A stretch of DNA of 64,000 bases from Octopus sinensis (taxonomy: Eukaryota): positions 183,892,001-183,956,000 of the forward strand of contig NC_042998.1 in assembly GCF_006345805.1 (NCBI RefSeq), in the 5' to 3' direction. Position numbers and translations under genes: made by a program. The notes beneath the pieces are model-generated. The model searched no databases. It saw only the letters and a list, made by a program, of their open reading frames with translations, and was not told the DNA's origin. This document shows positions 11,860-24,280 of this stretch, piece after piece; the first letter of the stretch is position 1; each line of letters begins with the position of its first letter.

Positions 11860-12805
11860 GTAAAACGACCGTGCGAAGGAGAGATGGCGAAAATGGCTCC
11901 TTTAGTGCACCACACGGTCGATTACAATAAATGCGAAAAGTATGAATGAGTACATGTGCCAGAAGGAAAGCCGTGTAGAATGTTTAAGAGAAAGATTTTA
12001 TTTATGTGTTAACATGTGTGTGTATGCGTCATAAATACATATATAGTTATAATAATAGACAGACCGTCGTGTATACAAAATGTGCTTGTAGAAACATGGA
12101 TTTATGCGTGTGCGATAAGTACAGAGCATAGAGAGAGTCTATAATAGGACGCTAGAAGAATGTTCAGACACAATGATGATAAATACCAGTTCGTAGCCAA
12201 AGTACACGATAGTTGAAGTGCTGTAACAAGAAGTTGAGGCGAAGAAGCAGAGCCTGTGCGGTACGTGCTGTACAAAGTGGTGGCTACAATGCTACTGCTG
12301 GGTTACTTGGTACAGGAGTTCTCGCAGGTTGTATTTGCTGCTAACCAAGGTGAAGTAATCCACAAACAGTGTTGAAATAGAACCTGTGTGAGGGTTGCTG
12401 GTTGCTGTGTACGTAGAGAGATGGTGTTGATGACGTTAAGAAGATGATGGGAGCGACGAAGGAGACTGCTGTATGCTGTTAGTCGAGTAATGATGTGTCT
12501 CCATGTGGCTGCTGTGGTGTTGTCGCTGGAACTGGCTGTGTCCTGTGTGGTCAGCGGCTAGATCTGAAAACGTCTGGAACCGACTGACATCAACTCGATG
12601 TGTCGCTGAAGTTTTATAGGGACCAGTCGGCGCAAACTGAGGTTTAGAAGAGACTGTCTCACGTGACCTTATCAGAAGGCTGCGAATGGTTGGGTTGCAT
12701 ATTGGCGCGCAATAGACACAGAGACAAACTGCGCCAATACTAACCAATCAGAGTAGTGAACTTTTATACTACAGGATGATAAAATCAGAGAACTTTTATA
12801 GTACA
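11859..12805 (-). mobile_element. Solo-LTR-like repeat
   Basis: TG..CA ends and an aataaa on the - strand. A related copy is at about 50085-50965. Confidence 0.5.
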
Positions 12806-13044
12806 GGATAATAAAAACAAATTGAATAACGTTGAATAATCATTTATTAATAATTTACACTTAAATATTAATTAACGACACACACTTTGTACTTTATTTA
12901 GGAATTCCACAAACAAATCTGCTGCATCTTTTCTCAAAACTTTCCAACAAAAGTGATCAAGGTGAGACTGGAAAAGTTCACTACTAACGCCTCTCATTGT
13001 CTTGTAAAAATGCAACTGCTGTTTCATATATATAGTCAATATAT

Positions 13045-13257
13045 ATATTCAATATGTGACCGCGTGTGTATCGTTGGCGATTTTCTTTCTCCGTCTTCCC
13101 TTCTTTGGACATTTTCTATATTTCTGACGAAGAGCTCCGCTCGAAACGTGAAATCCTTTTTCTTTTCTTTCCTTTCCCGAGCGTCCAATAACACTGTACT
13201 TGTTCCACGTCCCCGCGTTGTTGTTTTTTCTTGCTTGTTCATGTTTGGATTAACTAT

Positions 13258-13258
<1 letters not shown>
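13045..13258 (+). mobile_element. Penelope-derived non-autonomous element with a hammerhead motif (GUG triplet)
   Basis: attt-CTGACGA-A-GAGC tcc GCTC-GAAACGTG-aaat at 13120-13154. Ends gtttggattaac before (CA)n. Confidence 0.65.
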
Positions 13259-13288
<30 letters not shown>

Positions 13289-13297
13289 CATATACAT

Positions 13298-13338
<41 letters not shown>

Positions 13339-13342
<4 letters not shown>

Positions 13343-14621
13343 GTCATCACATAAGTTCTGTCCGATTTTACCTTTTTTAAAATTGAATGAAATTTAATAG
13401 TATTTTAGAATGTCTAATGGAATTAAAAATTATTTCTATGCATTTGTGTACATTTAAACTAATTAAATATTATTTTACAGAATAATAGAATTAAAATTTA
13501 TTTGATTAAAACCCTAACATTGAAGTATCCAAAGAGCATTTAAGGCACATAATACTTTATGAGTACAGAAAAAGGAAACTCTTCAGCCGAAGCGACTCGA
13601 AACATACACTCAGTTTATGGGAAAGAATGCTTGAATGAAAGAACTTGCAGAAGATGGCTTGTAAAATTCAGAAGTGGAGATTTCAGACTTGAAGATGAAG
13701 ATCGAACAAGACGTCCAGTGGAGCATGATGATAAGCTCCTTGATGCATTACTTGAAGAAAATCCTGCATTATCAGTTGAAGAATTGGCAATAAAGCTTAG
13801 TTCAAACCATAAAACTATTTATCGTCATCTTCAACAACTTGAAAAGGTTCCTAAACTTGGAAAATAGGTGCCTCATGAATTGTCCGAAAGCAACTACGAA
13901 TCCCGAGTTTACATCTGCTCTTCTCTCCATTCTCGCGAACTCATTTCACCCTTTTTGGATAGACTTGTGACTGGTGACGAAAAATGGATCTTCTATCGGA
14001 ATGTTAAACGTCATAAACAGTGGCTTGGTAAAAGGGAAAAGGCTCAACCACAACCGAGAAGGGAACTTCATGGGGAAAAGGTTCTTTTCTCTATCTGGTG
14101 GGATTGCAAAGGAGTAATTCACCTTGAATTGTACCACCTAATGCAACAATCGATGCTCAAGTCTTCTGTCAGCAATTAGGAGCGTTTGAACAAAGCTTTG
14201 AAGAAAAAAAGACCCGCTTTAGTGAATCGAAAAGGAGTGATGTTTCATCAGGACAATGCGCGACCCCACACTGCAAAGATCACATTACAGAAGATCGAAG
14301 AGCTTGGTTGGGAAAAAATTCCTCATCCACCTTATTCTCCTGACCTTGCTCCTTCAGACTTCCATTTCTTTCGTAGTTAACAGAATCATTTGGGGGACAT
14401 AACTTTCGCAAGCAAGGAGGAGGTCAAAACTGACATTTCAGAGTTCTTCGCTTTGAAACCAAAAGACTTTTACATTGATGGGATTAAAAAGCTTGTAAAT
14501 AGATGGAAGTCATAGATAATCATAGATAAAGTACATTGATGATTAAATTTCAATTAAATATAACATTTGATCACTTGTTTTCTTTATTCAAAATTCGGAC
14601 AGAACTTACGGGATGACCTGA
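13339..14621 (+). mobile_element. Full-length defective mariner transposon
   Basis: TIRs tcaggtcatcacataagttctgtccga / tcggacagaacttacgggatgacctga with TA TSD. Transposase pieces include VTGDEKW, HQDNARPH and YSPDLAPSDFH, interrupted by stops. Confidence 0.95.
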
Positions 14622-15240
14622 TATATGAATATATGAATATATGGGTACAGGACGTCAACAACAGTAAACAACATGAAATACGAAAACAAGTGAGTTAAAT
14701 ACGCAAATAACGAGAGAAAAAAGGACACGTAATACACAGAATGACCCTTCAACAGTTGTCGGTTGTCTATCTCCTTCGAGCAATCAACGTATATATATTA
14801 GATAAACATTAGTGTAAATGGTTAGTTCCTACGTACGTTTCACCATTGTTTTGATGCCTGGGATGCAATGAATCAGCAGGAGATCACTTTATTGCATTCT
14901 ATTATAGAAATCAAAAACAGAATGCAATAACGAGAAGACTGATTGAAGTTACGCATCCAAATGCACTTGGAACATCCAATATTGATTTCCAGTTAACTGC
15001 AATTGCGAAACATATATAGGAACGAAATATTCACATTGTTGTTTATCTAAAACCCCACTACATGCACAGATACGCACGCACGCACGCACACACGAACGCA
15101 CACACACACACACACACACACTTAAGTTTTGGCCGTTATTGGTCCAAACAATGTCTAGCTTAATGGCAGTTATGTTATAGAATATTTATAGGCCGCTCGT
15201 GTAGGGAGTAGTTGTTTACCGAAATGTATCCGGGTATCTG

Positions 15241-15288
<48 letters not shown>

Positions 15289-15418
15289 CACACACACATA
15301 CATAACATAAACACGTGTGAGTGTATGTGATTATCACTTATAATGTGCAATATATCAAATTACAATTCTAACATTGAGATAAACACACTGACACATGTAT
15401 GTATGTGTGTGTGTGTGT

Positions 15419-15460
<42 letters not shown>

Positions 15461-15844
15461 ACTAAAGAAAAGTTTTTGAAATTACTAAACGGAAACATTT
15501 AGATAGTTAAAACAGGTTTAAGCTCGTACTGACCCAGGCCATGACAAATTTAATACCACCCGAAGAAAACAATTGTGTTTCGGAAAACGGTAATAAACCT
15601 TATTGCCCTGGTTAAATCCTCTAACACCACCTGTATTCTTTACTCTTTTGTTTTTGTCATCCATTTCAAAAGAATATCCGGTTCACTTTGCTGTTGGTGT
15701 CGAAACATGGCTAACGTTACAATTGAAAATTTGACGTGTAGGAAAAAAAGTCTTTAGACTACATCCCTAAAAAGCTACTTGACTGCTTAGTTCAGCTACA
15801 TAGTTCAGTTACATTGTTTCCTCTCTGTATTTACTATAACTTCT

Positions 15845-16825
15845 TATTTCTTTATTGCCCAACAGGGGGCTAAACACAGAGAGTACAAACAATGATAGAT
15901 AACCGGATTAAGTCGACCATATCGACCTCAGTGCGTAACTGGTACTTAATTTATCGGCCCCGAAAGGATGAAAGGCAAAGTTGACCTCGGTGGAATTTGA
16001 ACTCAGAACGTAACGGCAGATGAAATACTTATTTCTTTACTGCCCACAAGGGGCTACACGCAGAGGGGACAAACAAAGACAGACAAACGGATTAAGTCGA
16101 TTCCATCGACCCCAGTGCGTAACTGGTACTTAATTTATCGGCCCCGAAAGGATGAAAGGCAAAGTCGACCTCGGCGGAATTTGAACTCAGAACGTAGCGG
16201 CAGACGAAATACCTATTTCTTTACTACCCACAAGGGGCTACACACAGAGGGGACAGACAAGGACAGACAAACGGATTAAGTCGATTACATCAACCCCAGT
16301 GCGTAACTGGTACTTAATTTATCGATCCCGAAAGGATGAAAGGCAAAATCGACCTCGGTGGAATTTGAACTCAGAACGTAACGGCAGATGAAATACCTAT
16401 TTCTTTACTGCCCACAAGGGGCTAAACACAGAGGAGACAAACAAGGTCAGACAGACGAATTAAGTCGGCCATATCGATCCCAGTGCGTAACTGGTACTTA
16501 ATTTATCGACCCCGAAAGGATGAAAGGCGAAGTCGACCTCGGTGGAACTTGAACTCAGAACGTAACGGCAGACGAAATACCTATTTCTTTACTTCTAAAT
16601 TCAAAATTCACAAGGGGCTAAACACAGAGAGGACAAAGAAGGACTGACAAACGGATTAAGTCGATTCCATCGATCCCAGTGCGTAACTGGTACTTAATTT
16701 ATCGACTTCGAAAGGATGAAAGGTAAAGTCGACCTCGGCGGAATTTGAACTCAGAACGTAACGGCAGACGAAATACGGCTACGCATTTCGCCCGGCGTGC
16801 TAACGTTTCTGCCGGCTCGCCGTCT
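15845..16825 (-). repeat. SINE-derived tandem repeat: one head plus five 184-bp body units
   Basis: Anchor tatttcttta recurs at 15845, 16030, 16214, 16398 and 16582. A single tRNA-like head lies at about 16775-16825. Confidence 0.9.
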
Positions 16826-17173
16826 TTACTATAACTTCTGCAATGGCCTCTGCTACTTGTAGCTAACTGGGAATCTTGATATTTCCACTCAAGAATTTCC
16901 AACCTATTCGTCCTTCCTCCACTCATCAATCACTCTTATCTTGTTCATCCCCCTCCCTTGACCCAGCGTTAAGAACAGCGCTCAGTCTCTCCTTCCAGGA
17001 ATGTCGGTACTAGGGCCTACGAAATACATGAGCATTGCTCTTTCATCTCATTATGAATGTGTGTGTATGTATGTATGTATGTATGTATGTATGTATGTAT
17101 TATCAATGTATGTGGTATGTATGTATATGTGTATGTATGTGTGTGTACATACATACATACATACATACATACA

Positions 17174-17204
<31 letters not shown>

Positions 17205-17239
17205 TTAGCGTTTAATTTGAGGGCAATTGTTGTCTGCAT

Positions 17240-17308
17240 ACCGTTTAGCTTAATGGTAGAATACTCAGCCGGTATCTAAGAGGTAAGGGTTCAAGTCCCG
17301 TAACTGTC
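17240..17308 (+). pseudogene. Degenerate tRNA-like sequence (probable SINE head)
   Basis: A box tagcttaatggtaga, T arm ggg-ttcaagt-ccc, imperfect acceptor and anticodon stems. Followed by a dispersed-repeat tail (17400-17580). Confidence 0.45.
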
Positions 17309-17576
17309 TGCTGACAACTTTTTCCTTCTTATAAGAGTAAAAGTGCCCAATCTTTCTGCTGCTTTCACGGCTGTATTTCGTTCGAAATTTACTTTCTTGT
17401 CCGTAACCTTCGAAACATGCATGGAGTCGAACCAGGGACAGCTGATGAAGGGGAATATTCCTTGTATTGTTTGTTTTGTACTCTGTTTTTTCGTTGTTAA
17501 AAAAAAGTCCGTTTCCATGTTTGTTTTTATATTTTCGTTTCTCGTTGAGTTCTACGTCTATTTGTGGTGTCCTGTA

Positions 17577-17627
<51 letters not shown>

Positions 17628-17632
17628 ATATT

Positions 17633-17688
<56 letters not shown>

Positions 17689-17824
17689 TGTATATATATG
17701 CATGTATATATATATATATATATATATGCATGTATATATATGCATGTATATATATGCATGTATATATATATATATATATGCATATATTTTATTTATTAAA
17801 TTATTTTATATATATATATATATA

Positions 17825-18550
17825 CTAGCAGCGAAACCCGGTTTCACCCGGTCCGTTTGGATGATGTGGTTGTAAAACCTGTTCTGTGTAAGCATTCAAC
17901 ATGTTTGGGCACGCTTACGTTAAAAAACAAATTTTAGAATGACTTTTTTCGGTCAAAACGCTAAAAATAACTGACCAACAAAAAAAAAGAGACAACTAAG
18001 ATTCAACCAAATAAAAAAATAAACCCAAATATTAAGCGAACAAAGATGAACCATCCTACTTCCATTGCACGCGCACACACACACATAATCACATACACAT
18101 TCATATACCCTCCCTTTTACATACACACATACATATATTCACACAGAGTTGAAACGCTGTTTGACTTATTTTTTTCATCGTACAATTTTCATCATCCCAC
18201 TACCAAGTATGACATCACCCCTTCCTTCCTTATTCATCGCCCTTTCTCATTCATAAACACAAGCGTATTATTATAGTGGATTATCTCGGTAACCATGGGA
18301 GCTATGAAAGAATATGACCTCACCCTTCCTTATTCATCTATCACCCCTTCCTTTCTCAATCATAAACACAAGAGTATTATTATAGTAGATTATCTCGGTA
18401 ACCATGGGAGATATGAAAAAATGCAAAGACCAGCATCACCACCGGATACTTCTACACATCTGTATAATTTTTCACACAATTCCACCCAGCCGTTTGACCG
18501 TGAATCCCAAGACAAGAAAGAATTGCCTATGTCAAATTTATATCTATAGA
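17825..18550 (-). mobile_element. Non-autonomous Helitron-like element with an internal duplication
   Basis: The - strand starts TCTATAGATA and ends with an imperfect hairpin plus CTAG|T. About 115-bp internal tandem duplication (about 18185-18420). Confidence 0.55.
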
Positions 18551-18789
18551 CATACTACCGAAGATACTCGGCGTTGCTCGGGATTAAAATGGCATAGTTA
18601 TTTATCGTTTTATTTTTTTCGGTCATGTGACTGCAGCCAGGCGAGATCACCACCTTAAGTCAAAGAAATCGACCCCAGGATTTATTCTTTGTGAGCATAG
18701 TACTTATTCTATCGGCGTGTTTTGCGAAACAGCTAGGTTACGGGGACAACATCGGTTGTCAAGTGATGGTGGGGGATACAAACACACAC

Positions 18790-19046
18790 ACACACACATA
18801 AATATATACATAAATACATATATATATACACGCATACATATACATATATACACATAGATATATATACATATATACATATATATATATAAATATATATATA
18901 CATATATACAAATATATATATATATATACATATATGTATACATGTCTATATATATATGTACATTGTATATATATATATACATGTATATATAAATTCATGT
19001 ATGTATATATATATATATATATATATACACATACATGCATATAGAT

Positions 19047-19094
<48 letters not shown>

Positions 19095-19099
19095 GCATA

Positions 19100-19144
<45 letters not shown>

Positions 19145-19230
19145 ATTATATATACATATATATACATGTATATTATATATACATATATATACATGTATAT
19201 ATATATATGTATGTATATATATATATGAAT
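18790..19230. repeat. (TA)n/(TATACA)n microsatellite tract (similar tracts at 17580-17820, 19990-20260, 21060-21240)
   Basis: Visible directly. Confidence 0.95.
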
Positions 19231-19296
19231 ATTAATAATAATGGCAAGACAACAAAAGAATGAAAGAAACCTTGATATTATGTAAATAGAGGAATT

Positions 19297-19650
19297 TATC
19301 TGTAATATAATATGACAATTATTCGGTTACCATAGTAACACTCCGAGTTTCGGATGTCAGGGCGGAAACCTGCACCGGCATCTCTTCAGTTATCGAAGCA
19401 ATTAAAATATGCTATGAAAAGGACTGTTCAACAAAGGGAAATTACTATGTAGTTAACCGTTATAATAGCTCTTCTGTCTTAATAACGGTCAATTACATAG
19501 TAATTTCCCTTTGTTTAACGGTCATTTTCATAGCATATTTTAATTGCTTCGATAACTGAAGAGATGCCGGTGCAGGTTTCCGCCCCGACATCCGAAACTC
19601 GGAGTTTTATTATGGTAACCGAATAATTGTCACATATTATATTACAGATA
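19297..19650. repeat. Near-perfect foldback with a hammerhead-like motif in each arm
   Basis: Arms 19297-19463 and 19482-19650 with an 18-nt loop. The + arm reads gataa-CTGAAGA-GATG..CATC-C-GAAAC TCGGA GTT-ttatt. Confidence 0.9.
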
Positions 19651-19992
19651 TAGGTACATACATACGCACACGCACACATATAAAATTAGTGTACATTTAA
19701 ACACAAAAGAGGCGACCCTTAACAAGCAGCCTTACATGCTAGAAGGTGCAGTCAAAACGACCAAAACCACATTTAAGGCCAATTCCGAAGGGAATGAAAA
19801 AAATAACTTTTACCTTATGAATATATATATATTTGGTCGTTTTGACTGCATGTAAGGCTGCTTGTTAAGGGTCGCCTCTTTTGTGTTTAAATGTACACTA
19901 ATTTTATATGTGTGCGCGTGCGTATGTATGTATGTATGTATATGTATGTATGTACCTATATCTGTAATATAATATGTGACAATTATTCGGTT
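19617..19992. repeat. Second, overlapping foldback
   Basis: Arms 19617-19765 and 19832-19992. Confidence 0.85.
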
Positions 19993-20129
19993 TATGAATA
20001 TGTTTATGTATATATAACAAATATATGCATATATACATAAATATATATGTATATATGCATACACATATAAATACGTATTTATACATGTATACATGCACAC
20101 ATATAAATATATATATATACATACATATA

Positions 20130-20165
<36 letters not shown>

Positions 20166-20193
20166 TGTATGTATGTATATGTATATATATATA

Positions 20194-20252
<59 letters not shown>

Positions 20253-20310
20253 CAAGAACAATCTTACTTAGAAATGGATGCGTGCGTTCCGTCATATAAT
20301 ATATTAATAA

Positions 20311-21073
20311 ATAAAACATATGCATATATATATACATATAAGTACGTACAGACCTCTACATGTATATATACACGCATATATGGGTACAGGACACCAAAAA
20401 AACGTCGAACACAATGAGAAACGAAAACATAAACACAAAACCAAGGAACTGGACATTTTTCTTAAACAACAAAAAAATAGAGTACAGGACAAATAACACA
20501 AGGAAAATTACCCTTCTTCAGTCGCCATGGTTTCATCTACTCTACGTTTCGAAGGTGTGGCCTGACTTCCTTGAAGTGTGGACGGCATTTTTCTTTGCTC
20601 CTTCGCCGTCCTCAAAAATAGCGTTCGTAATACTTTTTTTCGTTCGGCTTAACAGCCCTTCTTGTCTTGTAATTCTCTTTGTCCTGTCTTTTACTGTTTA
20701 TATTTTGTACTGTCGTTACTGTCCTGTTTTTGTTACCATTTTTACCCCTCTGCAAAAAGATCTCATATTTTATTTGATTTGCTTTTCGCAGGAAGGAAAG
20801 TTTCTATCGAAGATGCGTATCGCTTTCACCTTCGAAACGCAGAGTAAATGAAACCATGGCGACTGAAGAAGGGTAATTGTCCTTGTGTTATTTTCCTGTA
20901 CTCTATTTTTTTGTTGTTTAAGAAAAATGTCCAGTTCCTTGGTTTTGTGTTTATGTTTTCGTTTTCATTGTGTTCGACGTTTTTTTGGTGTCCTGTACTC
21001 ATATATGCGTGTATATATACATGTAGAGGTAGGTACGTACATATATGTATATATATATATGCATATGTTTTAT
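20311..21073. repeat. Inverted duplication of a dispersed-repeat tail plus its flank
   Basis: Arms 20311-20557 and 20827-21073 (about 247 bp each) with a 270-bp spacer. Confidence 0.9.
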
Positions 21074-21079
21074 CTATTA

Positions 21080-21124
<45 letters not shown>

Positions 21125-21149
21125 TATATATATATGTATATAAATATAT

Positions 21150-21206
<57 letters not shown>

Positions 21207-21244
21207 ATATATATATATATACATATACATACACACACACGCTC

Positions 21245-21933
21245 ACACACACATATATATATATATACACTGTCGTTTTGCTACGCTGTTATTATTGAAA
21301 GCCTCCTCTGATATGTGGTATTTGGTGAATAAAGGAGTTTGATGTCGCTACCCTCATTTGCACCTCCTGTCGCGATGTAGGTTCATCTGGGACTCTCGAC
21401 AGGAAGAGGTCCAGTTTTGATTTGAAAACACCTATATCCACTTTGTATAGGTCCCTCGGGCTCTTTGGGAGTATATTAAAAAGCCGCAGGACACTGAAAC
21501 CCGGGTTGTTGCAAGAACTGTTCCTGAATCGTGATGGCATTGCTGGGATCTTTGGCACTGTGCAGTGTCGACCCGTTCGGCATTGGTATAGCTTTCAATG
21601 TCAAAATTTGGCACAGTTCCTTCCAGATGTATATTACTGCATACCTCTCCCGCCTTCGCTCCAGGGAGTAGAGTCTTAGCTGTTTCAGTCATTCCCAGTA
21701 GCTGAGCTGTTGCAAGGAGACGATCTTCTTTGTGAAGGTCTGCTGCTAATTTTACACCGTTGGATGACCATAGCTGAGAGCAGTAGTCCAGGTGGCTGAG
21801 GACGAATGTCCTCCAGAGGACCATCATGGTTTCTTTCTTTCTGGTTCTGAACGTTCTCGGGATCCAACAAGCCAGTCGTTTGCACTTTGTGGCCATCCTG
21901 GTAATGTGCACTCGGAAAGTGGTATCATATTTG

Positions 21934-21935
<2 letters not shown>
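21245..21935 (-). mobile_element. CR1/L2-like LINE 3' fragment
   Basis: ..RLACWIPRTFRTRKKETMMVLWRTFVLSHLDYCSQLWS.. matches the RT C-terminal region. Frameshifted. Confidence 0.8.
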
Positions 21936-21965
<30 letters not shown>

Positions 21966-22057
21966 CATACATACATACATACATACATACATACATACAT
22001 ACAAACATGCATACATACATGCCTATATACACACACACAGACACAGACACACACATA

Positions 22058-22117
<60 letters not shown>

Positions 22118-22199
22118 TGCATGTATGTATGTATACATATATTGTTGTATTTGGGGATGGTCATATTGCCAGTTTAGCCAATAATAACACAAGCACTAT

Positions 22200-23636
22200 A
22201 TATTTGGTGTTCACTTGCTTCAGCTCTATTTTATATTAATTGTATTTCGGCCAGAGTTCTTTCGTCACATTTCTGTGACCTCATCAGTGGTCCTTTGCTT
22301 TCGTCTTTCTTTTTTGTGTGTCTCTCCTTACTAATGGTTTGCCATTTTGTATTCCTATCGTATGTCTTTATTTGCGCATGCGTATATCTCAGTGAGTGTA
22401 TATGTTTAGTGTGTGTGTGTGTGTGGAGGGGGGAATGTGCCTGCCTTATCAGTATCCCCTGTTTATGCACGTTCGTTTGATTTACTTTTATTTATTTTAT
22501 TCATTTGTTTATATTTACTTACTTTTTCTTTCTTTCTATTTTTTGTTTCAATTTTAATTTAATCTAATTAATTTTGTTTATGTGTATAGTTATTTAATTC
22601 CATTTATTTATCTGTGTATTGTATTATATTCATATTATTATCAGTTTATAGGGATCTTATTCTGTCACAGGTTGTGGAATGTTGGGGTGGGGTGCTAGTG
22701 TTCCATTCTAGTTATTCTATTCTGGCAAGGTTTATCTTCTATAATGTGCGTAGCTTCCGTAATTTGTTTAAGCGTTGCGTATGTTCTATATGTGGACAAG
22801 ATTTTAACTTCTATGTTGTTGAGTGAGTCCCAGTGTTCCTGCTCGGCGTGCTGGTACAGAACCGATGACCTCTTCTCTTCCTTAAGTTCCCTCCAATGCT
22901 CATTTACCCGCTCTCCTAGGCTTCGTCCTGTCTCCCCAACGTACGTCGTCTTGTTACTGCACCGTACCTCTGTACATTTTATACTATAGACTACATTCCT
23001 AGCTTTACAGTTTGTTTGTGGGCTAAATCTAGATACAATACAGTTCCTATCAGTACAGGGGGTTCTACTAAAAGGGTAGGTTCTACCGATTAGGGATTTG
23101 ATAGGGTTACCTGGCCTTTCTTCAACCTTAATTCTTAGCTTAAGTTTATCTAGGGCCCTTCTAAAGCAGTACGCCAGTTCACCTCTAGGAGTAGTGTCGA
23201 CGAACATGATACGCTGGTATTTGTGGCTATCACACTATGAGTTGGTCTTCCCTATTTTCTTCTGAGTCCTTTCAATTGTGTTCCATAACTTGCTCCTATA
23301 GAGTAGGCAAATCCCACTCCTCTCATTACGTATGATGGTTTCAAATTTCCTCATGGCTCCTTTGTATACTCTGATCCTTTCTCTATGCCTGTACCCTGAG
23401 AACTGCATGCAGTGAACGAAGTGTTGTATGTGTCGCTTTAACTCTGTAGGGTCGCACATGCGGGACACATTTCTCATTACTCTAATGAGGTCTGCCATCA
23501 ATATATTGAATTTGGTATTGTCCGAGATAGCTGAGTTCCGTTGGATCAGGTATTTGGAGGCCATAGGTTTGGCATAGTGTGAATGAAGGATTTGGATTTT
23601 ATTATTCACCCTTTCCAGCCAGAGTTCTGTATCCAG
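22200..23636 (-). mobile_element. Penelope-like element 3' half (RT thumb, GIY-YIG, 3' UTR)
   Basis: HYAKPMASK.., then RNVVYSIKC..TYVGETGRSLGERVNEH (GIY-YIG). Homologous to 9400-11155. Confidence 0.9.
22249..22293 (-). ncRNA. Minimal hammerhead motif in the Penelope 3' UTR
   Basis: ggacca-CTGATGA-G-GTCAC agaaat GTGAC-GAAAG AA CTC-tggcc. Confidence 0.6.
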
Positions 23637-23799
23637 TTCTTCGTTGACTTGTTTCACCGCTGCGAAAGGTACCGTTCGTTTAGGCTTAAATACCAGTATA
23701 GCGTTTTCTTTCACTTGAAACTTCGCCTTTGTTTTGGTGCAAAGGCCCAATTCCTCAGAAAAAACTTCAGGAAAAATTTGTTTTAATTACTCTTTTACT

Positions 23800-24049
23800 C
23801 ATTTTACTCTTTTACTCTTTTTACTCTTTTACTCTTTTACTTGTTTCAGTCATTTGACTGCGGCCATGCTGGAGCACCGCCTTTAGTCGAGCAAATCGAC
23901 CCCGGGACTTATCCTTTGTAAGCCCAGTACTTATTCTATCGGTCTCTTTTGCCGAACCGCTAAGTGACAGGGACGTTGTAAACACACCAGCATCGGTTGT
24001 CAAGCAATGCTAGGGAGACAAACACAGACACACAAACACATACACACAC

Positions 24050-24114
<65 letters not shown>

Positions 24115-24280
24115 CGACAGGCTTCTTTCAGTTTCAGTCTACCAATTTCATCACAAGGCATTGGTCGGTCCGGGGCTATAGCAGAAGACACTTGCCCAAG
24201 ATGCCACGCAGTGGGACTGAACCCGGAACCATGTGGTTGGTTAGCAAGCTACTTACCACACAGCCATTCCTGCGCCTTCA
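23800..24280 (-). mobile_element. tRNA-SINE inserted in Gypsy pol
   Basis: Same family as 286-607, with a (ttttactc)n tail at 23790-23835. Confidence 0.85.

Noticed and set aside
13559-14380. Active or domesticated mariner transposase
   Set aside because: The start codon is lost (ATT), and there are in-frame stops and frameshifts.
15240-15460. Inverted repeat around 15300-15400
   Set aside because: It is mostly opposed (CA)n/(TG)n microsatellites with little complex sequence in the arms.
17240-17308. Functional tRNA gene
   Set aside because: Mismatched acceptor and anticodon stems, and it is attached to a dispersed repeat.
20505-20890. Permuted (type II) hammerhead in ccttcGAAACGTA..CTGAAGAAGG, also at about 17405-17450
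   Set aside because: Core words are present but stems I and II cannot be paired in register, so these were not counted.
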